Below are positions 13,741 through 23,900 of a stretch of DNA of 64,000 nt, one piece after another. Position 1 is the first letter of the stretch, and every line of letters begins with the position of its first letter. The stretch is from Oculina patagonica. Lineage: Eukaryota. The translations under genes were made by a program, and so were the position numbers. A model generated the notes under the pieces. It saw only the letters and a program-made list of their open reading frames with translations. It had not been told where the DNA came from and searched no databases. The stretch spans positions 6,820,001-6,884,000 of the forward strand of contig NC_135758.1 in the NCBI RefSeq assembly GCF_052425735.1. The letters run 5' to 3'.

Positions 13741-16700
13741 AGTAAAGTTTGTGGGTCAACTACTGATGTGGAACACCTAGGGAAAAAATGAAATAAATAA
13801 ATTCTAGAGATACGACCTTTACTTGTAAATTATATTTAATTTATTTGCTCAGGCCAAAAACTTCTGTGCTTTTGACGACCTGAAACGGGATCAAATCACT
13901 GCACAGTCTGCGCGTGCATGTTCAATATCGCAATATGTTTTTGGTCAATGTATTCAAGATCATCCATGTCTTGAATTTCATCTTCTCCTTAACTCGGCAC
14001 GACTGAGGCGATCAATTTTAACTCAGTCAACCCCCCCCGGAAAGACAGCCGGAGAAAAATCTGAGACCTGCACACCTCATAAAGATCGGCCCGAACCCCG
14101 GAAACAAACCTTGCACGCCTAAACAGCTAGAACGGCGCCACTTTAACTGGCGACTAGGAAACACGCAAGTAGAAATACCCCATCAGAAGCACAAATTTTC
14201 ATAAAATAATGTGGAAACATTTAGAAGGTAAAAACAAAAAAGCACAAGGCTGCAAAGCTGTAAAGCCTAGTATTTTTGTAAAATACAGCATGGATATATA
14301 ACCCTCAATCGGTATTTTTAAATGTTTCGCACGGCATCAGGATCACTTAGAGAGGATTATACGCCGTATGCAACTAGCAATAACAAAAAAGAAAATTTTG
14401 TATATTAAAGCTTCTTACATGTTATACAGAGTAATGTTTAAATTTTATACTTGTAATCTCAGCTTATAGACAAAGCGAAGTTTAACTGAAAGCCCAAACA
14501 GACAAGTAAATTTGGTACTTGTTTTGCATTAGCGTTTATAAATGGCGTCCAGTCAGCCAGATTTAACTTATTGGTTATTCTTTTTTCTTCGCTAGATTTG
14601 AAGATAAAGAAAGAACTAAAGAAACGGCTATTATCAAGAGGCAAGATGCAATTCCTTCTGATTTATCTTAAACATTGAACATTTGCTACGTGGGCATTAA
14701 AATAATTGCGATTACACTTACCGTCGGTTGCCTAATATTGATATTATACAGCACCTCAGTTCTGAAGCCCCAGTTCATGGATCCTTCACGGACAGAGATT
14801 TAAAGATTGCAGTTTGTTTATGTCCATGGAGGACATCAACTGGCTTCCTACTGTAATTAATATGCAGATAATAAAAACCTGTTTGTACTTAAGAAACCAG
14901 TAGTTTTTGCTATGTAAATCTGAGTTTTTCCGGTAAAATGTGAATGATATCATCTCGGCAAAGAACAAAAAGATGCACTTGTCAGTCTAGCAAAGTTCAT
15001 ATTACTAGCATTATTATTGCGAATCTCCTGAGAATACAATCATTTCTCAGGCCCCTACTCCTGTATTACTGTGTCTAGTTTATTTTGAACAAAAAGCGAT
15101 TCTGAAAAGTAGAGGAAATTGCTTTTTTTCCCGTGACGTGTTGACTTATAAAAGCACTCGTCAACGCTCAAGGAAGACCGTCAACCAATGTCCTTTATGC
15201 GCTTTTGTTTTTATCACACGAAAATGTATCCCCCAAATTAGGAGAAAAATGAAACTATTTTCGAATTAAGAAGCAACTGGGTTTTAAAAGCAAGAAGCAC
15301 GCAATTTCATAAAAATGTCTCTTCAAAGATCCGTAATTTTCCGGTGGCCCTTTCAAGATGTGCTAGCCTACAATAAATCACCTCACTAGATTTTATCTTT
15401 GGTCTCCATTTCTAGTTGTATTGCATGAAATTATATGGAATATTCCATTGGCACAACTCCAAGCTTTTAGTAGAATTGAAGCCGTTTACAAAATCTTCAC
15501 AAACCCTAACTCTAACTCTCCCTTTTGTGTGAGAATGTGTGAAAGGCAGATGAAAGGTTAGGAAATAGAACAATACACTGGGGAACTCATGCCGTAAGAG
15601 AAACTTCCATGCGTGGTATACGGAACTAGTTGCAATTGCGAGTTTTCTTTACTATAGTGTGCACATGCTCACCATGTAATGTAAATTAAATTTTAGTTAA
15701 GGTAAAGGATTTACTGGATGTACACAGTCGAAGCTTTTATAACCAAATTTTAAAATTTTATTATGCCAGGCACGACTATAATAAAATCCTCGTAATGACA
15801 AAGTACACATGTCCATCCTTCGAGGTTTACTGACATTGAAAATGCAAATCGTTTTTAAGTTTGCTAATTAAAAAAATGGAAAGTTTAAAAAAGGTGGTTT
15901 CATAACAAATTTCTTCCGTAGTAAGTTTTCTGCTTAATGAGAAAACAAAAATATTTAGTAATAGTACGTTTGTTTGTTGATTTAATTACACTTCTGCACA
16001 GAGGTTACAAACAGAACAAACGAGGTAACAGTAACTTTGTTGAACATTCTTTTTCAACTGAGTACAAATTTACCCCGAGAAAAACGATTATTTTAACAAA
16101 AAGAAACGAGATAGCTTCAACATTGGCTTCACAATTTTTCAATAGATAAAAAGGAAACAGTATTTTTTTCCGGTGATTAATCAACGTAATCATCAAACAC
16201 TGTAGTTACTATGTTACTAATTGAACTATGTATTTCAAACACGAAAAAAAGGTTTTGAATAAAAATAAATTGCAATCTTGTTTTTTAGTCAAGGATAACT
16301 TACTGAACGCTTCATGTGTTTTGATTCCCCTATTTTCCGTCTTTAACATTTTGTTAAATAGTTGTAGTAAATTAAGAAACCTTCAGCAATCAGAGTTTCC
16401 ATTTTAAGGATGGGTGAAAGTTTTCTCTGACTTTTTTCTGCTGTCATTTTTGTAAAAATAATGAAAGTAAATTTCTACCCTAATTCAAATTATGACACAT
16501 TTAATAAACTCCAATTTTCTGCACGACAGTACTCTATTTAAAGAGGAACTATTAATTTACCTATATTTTCTTCGGTCCCCGGTAATTTAAGTATATGCCA
16601 GTCTTCACTAATAGTATTTAAAAATACATCCGGCAAAATGTAAAGAGTCTTTGAAGTTGTGGAAAGTAAGTCAGATTCTTGCAATGCAGATTTCTCTACT

Positions 16701-17103
16701 AATAAAACCATAAAACTAGGACATTTAGTTATTATCAATTATCCCATATCCCATCATTAGCTACCCAGTGCAACTAACTACAAAATTTTGCTTTTTTGAC
16801 GAAAAAGGGACATATGATGGAATCACATGCATTGTTGAACAAATTATTCCATTGTTACGAAAAAAAATAGGTATCTTGATAATTTCAATAATTGCTTAGA
16901 AAGTGCAAAACACCTTTAAGTTATCCGGTGAGAAACGACGTAAACGAAAAGCACCCTTCGTTCTCAGTTTTGTTTTTTCCATATATAATTCATTAAGTTA
17001 AAATTCTACCATGCGAAGGATAGCTTTTCATGTGCCAATTATCTAAAAGAAGAAAGTCATTAATTTAGAAACATTCTACAAGTTGAGTAACCTATCCGGC
17101 ATG

Positions 17104-17723
17104 AGAGGAGGGATTTTGGGGGCGTGCGTGAGCGGGAGGAAAATGGGGGAAGACATTGTTGTACTGTATCCACTTAAGACGTTCTAAGAAAAGTGTGGTG
17201 GAGGCAAGAGATTTCTGGCCTGCTCGGGAGGAAGGGGGGAGAGGCCGGAGGGAGGGGACACCACCAACGTGAGGGAGTAGGTGAGTGTGGGAGCCACAGA
17301 GGGAGGGGAGAATGGGGGACTCGCGGCCCCGAGCGGGGGTGAGGGGCGCAGACGTGAGGCGGGGAGTGACGAGAGGGCCACCGCAGGACCGACGGGGGGG
17401 GACATGGAGGGCCGAAGCCTGAACCAGCGAGCGACGGAAGAACCACGACCGACCCGCAGAGAAGACTGGCACGGGACGAGAGGGAGAGCGAAGGAGGGAC
17501 GACCCTCGCCCGGAACGACAGAGTATGTAGACTGTAGCGTACGGTCCGAGATCCAGCGGGGCGACAGTCGCCAGTCCGGGACAAAGCCAAGTGACAGAAC
17601 GGCACGCGACACAAAGATGGGGAAGAAGGAACACAGCTACACGAGGAAGGCGTGAAATATCGAAGCAGACCCGCGTGCGCACTAGCCCAATCGACGCATG
17701 CGCACGCAAAATGCCCTCCTGCT
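17104..17723. mobile_element. 620-bp GC-rich insertion with 9-bp TSD (Mutator-like non-autonomous element)
   Basis: tccggcatg at 17095-17103 and 17724-17732; the site is single in copy 2 (~37129-37137); imperfect TIR agaggagggatttt..gcgtgcg / cgcacgcaaaatgccctcctgct. Confidence 0.75.
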
Positions 17724-18284
17724 TCCGGCATGGCTAACGTAGTTTCGACATATTTACTTCTTTAGAAACCTGGCAAAATTTTCTTACTTAAAAAACAACT
17801 TGCATTTGTTGTCAATTAACTACACTGTCATCGCTTCTTCCGACACAAAAACGTATGACTAATTTTCATCTGTCATATATCAACAGTGCAATGTTAATCG
17901 CGCCCACGGTAATTTTTGTGCAAACTGAAGTTCCTAAAAGCAGTGAAACTGGTTTGGGTTTCAAACACCTATTTTGATTCATAGCTTACTTTTTGAGTAT
18001 GCGAGGATTCAGTTTTCCTTCTTAAAAGTTGACTTAAGGTGACTTACGATATAAGTGCTGTTGATTGTATATGGTTTATCAGATCTCGGTTCCTTCCTTA
18101 TTTAAAGTGGCTTACTTCCAACCATTCTTAACTATATGTGCCTATAAGAAAAAATCCTTGAGTTGAGAACAGAGGTATTCGTGGGCTTTGTTGCTGCCAC
18201 CCGCAGCCGTTGATAACTGCATACTTACAAGCAGCAAGGGAGACCAGAAGTAATACAAAACGTTTTCAGAGGAATAACAGCAAA

Positions 18285-19634
18285 ATGTCGCGAATGGCTT
18301 GCTTAGAGCAGTCATCCAAGGTGATGGACAAATCTGTTGACAACTCTTCCAGAAACAATCAGACTGAAGAAGGAACTACAAGTTTCAGCGAAGCTGAGCG
18401 TAACTTTAAGATTGTGTTCTACTGCTGTCTGTTCATTCTTGGTTCCTTGGGAAACCTCATGGTAATTGTAGTTGTAAAAGGAAAACGTAAACGAACTATA
18501 AATGATTATTTCATTTTAAACTTGGCGGTCTCAGACTTGACATTCGTGTGGTTTTCTATTCCTTTCTACACATATGAGCTTTTCCAGACATTCTACAAGA
18601 ACGTATTTTACTGTAAAATAATTTGGCCTATGATGTCAGTTACTCTTTCTGTCAGCGTTTTCACCTTAAAATCTATGGCAATTGAACGGTGTCGAGGAAT
18701 CATAAATCCATTACAACCGAGAGTCAAGCTGAAAGCCACCTTGGTTTGGATTCTATTTATATGGATCTGCGCTTTCGTCACGATGATTCCGCTGATAGTC
18801 GTAGCGCGGCCGGATAGTGTGCTGTGCTATGAAAAATGGCCGAAGACGCAATACCGGAAAGCCTATACCGCAGTGTTATTCGCACTTCAATATGCCAGCC
18901 CCTTGCTTGTCATCGCCATAGCATATTTTCGAATCGCCATTTGTCTCATTACATCTCGGCTACCAATGCTTACTTCACAAAACTCTCGCGGACAAGTTAT
19001 CAGACATAAGACAAGAAGTGAAAATGTTCAGATCATAAGAACATTAGCTGTTATTGTGATTCTCTTTATGGCCTGTATGTTACCCAATCAAATCGCTTGG
19101 ATGCTGTTTGATTTTGGTGGCGATTCACACAAAGAGCTTTCCCGCGCATTTTGGACCGGCGCGGAAGCGCTAATATATCTTCACGCATGCGTGAATCCTA
19201 TTGTATACGGATCTTTAACTCGTCAGTTTCGTCGAGGATATCTTCTATATTTCCGGTACGTATTCTGCTGCAGAAAAACCAGCATAAACTACTCTACCGG
19301 AACTTCGGAAAACCTTGCTAGTGCAAGAAAATCTCGATCAAAGCGAAGTGCAGTGGTACTTCATGGTTCTCTTAAGTTCAGGAGTTTAAGTGAAAAAAGT
19401 AGAACTACGCGCCTTGAAATGCAGTCTTCACCAGTTATGTCTACAAGTGGAGAGAGTAATCAGTTTGGAAGCCCTTCGCCTGGCGCCTCCCCTATCCCAG
19501 GATCAACCAGTGTGGAGATGCTGTTAAGAACATTCAAAAGACAAGAAACGAAAACACTTTTGAACTTGTCTTTCACTAACTCAGGTTTGGACGTTTCTGA
19601 TGACGAACAAAGTGTTCAAGACACAAAACTGTAA
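18285..19634 (+). CDS. Class A GPCR, neuropeptide receptor-like, 449 aa (cassette copy 1)
   Basis: First ATG at 18285 (the ORF track starts at an upstream TTG); GN, NLAVSD, ERC, CMLP, NPIVY; long Ser/Thr-rich C-tail. Confidence 0.95.
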   Translation: MSRMACLEQSSKVMDKSVDNSSRNNQTEEGTTSFSEAERNFKIVFYCCLFILGSLGNLMVIVVVKGKRKRTINDYFILNLAVSDLTFVWFSIPFYTYELFQTFYKNVFYCKIIWPMMSVTLSVSVFTLKSMAIERCRGIINPLQPRVKLKATLVWILFIWICAFVTMIPLIVVARPDSVLCYEKWPKTQYRKAYTAVLFALQYASPLLVIAIAYFRIAICLITSRLPMLTSQNSRGQVIRHKTRSENVQIIRTLAVIVILFMACMLPNQIAWMLFDFGGDSHKELSRAFWTGAEALIYLHACVNPIVYGSLTRQFRRGYLLYFRYVFCCRKTSINYSTGTSENLASARKSRSKRSAVVLHGSLKFRSLSEKSRTTRLEMQSSPVMSTSGESNQFGSPSPGASPIPGSTSVEMLLRTFKRQETKTLLNLSFTNSGLDVSDDEQSVQDTKL

Positions 19635-20980
19635 TTTACACATATGGCTCTAGGCGATTCGAACTTTGACCAAGCGAAAGTCGTTACACGATACCCGTTG
19701 CCTAACTTTTTCGTGTCTAGTGTCATATAAGGATAATCAACCGAAACTATAGGTCACAGAAAGTAACTTTCGCATGATTTTTCTTGGTGGGTAGTTGCAT
19801 TTGTAGGACCTCATTTAAAGCTGATTTCCAGTCCGTACTGCGAAGTCTCGGGGTTTGTTTCCATTTTTGTTTTGAATTCGTTGATACTTTACACTTCGGT
19901 AATAGCACACATGACATTCTTTAGTCCGCCATTACGAATTTGTTTCGCCCAGGAATGCTCGATGAGCTGAAAAGTCGGTTTGGAATAGCGTCGAGGACCT
20001 TTTACTCGTTATTATTGTTTTGCAAGGATATCTGGTGCTAATAATGAAGAAAAAGGTAAGTTTGTACCGGAATTTTGTATTTTTGCTAGTAAACATTCCT
20101 TTGTGTGAGATTGCGCAGTATAGACTGGAAATCATCTTTTAGTGGAGACAAGTCAAACTTATTCTTGTTGATTTTAACTAAAATAAAATTGTTTCTAATA
20201 TGAGAAAATTGGCAAATTGACATTTTGATTGTAGCCTGTGTCCCGCTCCGCTCAATGTTTTTTAATGGAGCGGGAGGGTTAACGTTGTACATAGGCTATT
20301 TGATTGTAAATAAAATATTACCTGTTACATGCATCTTAAGTTTTTCGTTGCTGTGTATCAGGGAAATGATATACAATGATGAAACAACGACGTTGCAAGG
20401 GTTTACACTTAATTGACCTTAATTGATCAAAATTTGCTAGGCGTGCACGTGGTCAGCGTTGCAATTGCTTCAGTCCGCTCGAAATCTAGACACCAAAACG
20501 ATTCTGCAAACGAAAAAGCATAATATAGGACCAAACCTGGGAGCGGGAGACTTTTTTAATAGCTCAAAAGCAAAACAAGGGAAAAAAAGACCGCGAAAAA
20601 AAAAACAGAAAACATTAAACATGGAAGTGTTACAGTTGATTCAGTTTAATACCCTAAATGTCACAATCATTTCCTTATTTATGTTTTTTTATCGTCCATA
20701 AATTTTCACTTCAGCTGGCTAAAGGGACAGGGTTAAGTACTTGACTTTTAAATTAATCCATGTGACATGTCTATATCTCGGGATTTTTCTTCTTAGTTAA
20801 AAAATACACATTAGTGATCTACAAATATTTTCGAGTCAACGAAACTTTAAAAGTCTGGATTGTTATTTGTACTACTGCTCATTTATCTTGTAAAATGTAA
20901 ATTTGTATTCTTGACCTCTATGGCACTACAGCTTCAAAGCATAGAAATAAATGATTTCAAACCACAGTTCATTTGCGTCT

Positions 20981-23900
20981 TTACTGACTAGCGGGGGAAA
21001 GTTTAATTCCAAGGATGCCACGCCAGTACTCGGTCACAAACACTTGGTCAGGATCCATCTCTTGCCGCAACTTCAACCAATCATTCATCTTTGGGTACAC
21101 GCCCTTCAGATAGTCTGGGTTGAACTTTGTGTTCCCGCATTGCTGATCCGGCAGGGGAAGGTACTTTCCCCAGTGCAGGCGGGTTCCAGGGATATCCAGC
21201 AACACATCCCAGTAGTATGAGAAGAACACCCTGAGATCGCCCTTGTTGTGAGCCCACCAGTAAGGATCAACTCGCACCATATCCTGTCCATATGACATGC
21301 TCAACCAGAATGGAGACTTCTTGGCGCCATAGATCTCTGTGGCAAAGTTGTTGGCGGCTTTCTGATTCTTGAACAGCTCCTGGAGTTTGTCCATGACGGT
21401 TTGACATTGGTTGAGTGGGATCCAAATCTCAGTGAAATCGACCCTGATGATAAAGTCGGTGTGAGCCTCGTCATCCATGGGAAGAGTCTCGTACCATACA
21501 TCGCGGAACATGACTGGTTTCTTATTAAGGGGCACAAATTGACGCAAAATGACGCCGATTATTTCGTAATCAATCTCTGTTGGTTCTGGCTTTTGCAGGA
21601 GAAAATTGCAGATAGCCAAGGCGATGGCTGCCATACCGGCCGCAAAGATGTTTTCTAAGATGGAATTGTAAGGCACAACGTCTCCAACAGCAAAAGACTG
21701 CTTTCCAACCCACTCCTGAACTCGCATCACTTCCTTCTGCGGGAACCAGTTCACTCGCATGTACTCGTGCTTTTCAAGGCTCTCCTTCAGTTTGCTCTCT
21801 CCTTTCTCGTTGGGTCCAAGCATAGAATCGGCAAACTCGTGATTTGACTCAGAACCTTCAACAAACTTCATTTCAGGAAGGCGGAATGTCACGTGGGTTA
21901 TGACGCCAAACAGCCCCATAGAAACACCGACTGCACACCAGAGGTCAGTCCCAGGCTTTGCCGTCTGAAGACGACCATTACCATCCACGAACTCGATCTC
22001 CTGTATTACGTCACCAAAGCTGTGCTGTAAGCTTCCCCCGGCAGAGCCTGTGGAGATAAAGCCGCCAATGGTCTGATGGATGATACCTCCTAGCTCGGGA
22101 AAGCCGAATCCATTGGCATTAACCTGATAACAAGCTGAGTCCTGTATGTCAGATGTTGGATCCATGGGATTATTACCCAGGTAGCAACCTGCGCCGATGC
22201 GACAGTACAGCCATTTCTTTCCACCAGCCTCTTCTATTTTTTGAATGTCTACTTTACGCAGATCCTTTGTCAACAGCAGGGTAACGCCACCCTTGGGAAA
22301 AATGGCATCTTTTACAGAATGCTCCGATCCAGCGACGCGAAGGGCTTTCTTTTCGTTTTTGGCTTTAAGAATGGCTTCTGTGACTTCCTCCACGGTCGAA
22401 ACAGGCGTAAGGTCGCGTTCTGCTGGCATAACTGGGGGTCCATGAGCCTCTTTCTTTTTCATCTCATCTTTTATCAGGTGAACCATAAGCGACTCCAACA
22501 GTTTGGCATCAGAAGCTTCGTCAATGAAAGGAGAGATTACTCTGTCAAAGAATGCTTTGGCCTCGGTCTCTCTTCCTGCCTGTGGAACTGCCTGAGGAGC
22601 TAAACAAAAATGATAACAAAAAATAATGAGACAAGGCGCAATGTTCTTCGCTTTTCAAGTTTAAATAGTAAGAAGCACGGCCTTCGTCTAAGACTTACCA
22701 TTATATTTAATTACTGCTTTTTTTAAAAACAATAAAAAGTGCCGGATCCGATTTTGTAAACTGAATTAAACCGCATCACATCAAAATTAAAATTGATGCG
22801 GCGCGCTTTCAAAAATCAGAAAAAATGGAACCTTTGGACGCCTTAGTAGATATACAACAGCATTTATGGTAAAGAGAGGGAGAGGTAATACCAATGACAA
22901 ACGTATTATACATCCACAAACGCATGGAATAGCTTGAGTTACTTAAGGGGCAGCATACGTTCGCAACCATCCCTGTGGCTCATTGAAATTAAAAAATACT
23001 AGCTAACAGGCAACTAAATCTCAGCACAGTGAAACCAGTGCTAAAGAAAAAGGATTTATAGATGCAGGCTCCTGATAGATGATGTTCTCAGTGTGACCTT
23101 ATCTGAGAAAGACATTATCACCCTTTTTTATCGCGAATTTCGCAAATTCATCCAACACGATCATCCATTTTTTAGTAAATGTAAATGTAAACGTTGTTTA
23201 TAGTGGTCATGCAGTTAGCTTTATATCACATCGAGACAGCTAGTTTACAGGCATGCCACTGAAACAGAAGAAACAAATATTTGCTTAACCAAAGCTTAAG
23301 CGAACCTTAACCGAGCTAAACCGAAGTTCATTTGTTCATTTTTCAGAACGAATCTAAAAAAAATATCACCGCTGTTTCCAGCAGGCCACTTCAAATCTTG
23401 AAAAGATTCCAATAAAACGCATCTTATTCTCGTCTGGTAAACAAACACTCTCGATAAAACATCATAACAACCACTCAAGTGTTGCATGTGGGAAGGAAAA
23501 TCCTGCAGAAGGCGTTTAAGTCAGAGTAAAACTGAATTCGTTGACTTTACAAGTGAATGTCTTCGTCCATTCTTTCAGCTTGGATATAATGTGTTTTGTC
23601 ATTCACATTTGTCAATTAAAGTTTCATTTCAAGAGCCAATATATCCCTGGTAGCTATATTAATTAATAAAATTATAAACGATATGGCAACGCAATTTCGA
23701 TATACTTATTTTTACATACTAATGTGATTTTGTTCACTTTGCTTTAAAGAGTATGACGTGTGTTTTGTAATATGCCATAATAATCTCTCTGGGTTTTGTA
23801 CTGGAGATAAGACCAGAATTAAAATATCCACCTTTTGAATTTTTTGCACCTTTGTTTCTTGTTCACTTTGATATCCGCTTTAGCTATCAGTTGTCAGCTA

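Noticed and set aside
13176-13791. RSFV-repeat ORFs (also 47936-48319)
   Set aside because: Translation of (TTCG)n microsatellite and N-gaps.
17092-17731. Four overlapping ORFs of 124-205 aa
   Set aside because: Produced by high GC content in a TSD-flanked insertion; no recognisable domain.
20981-22599. Assigning the symbol GULO
   Set aside because: Family membership is clear, but motifs deviate (TGSAGGS, EIY) and orthology cannot be shown without a tree.
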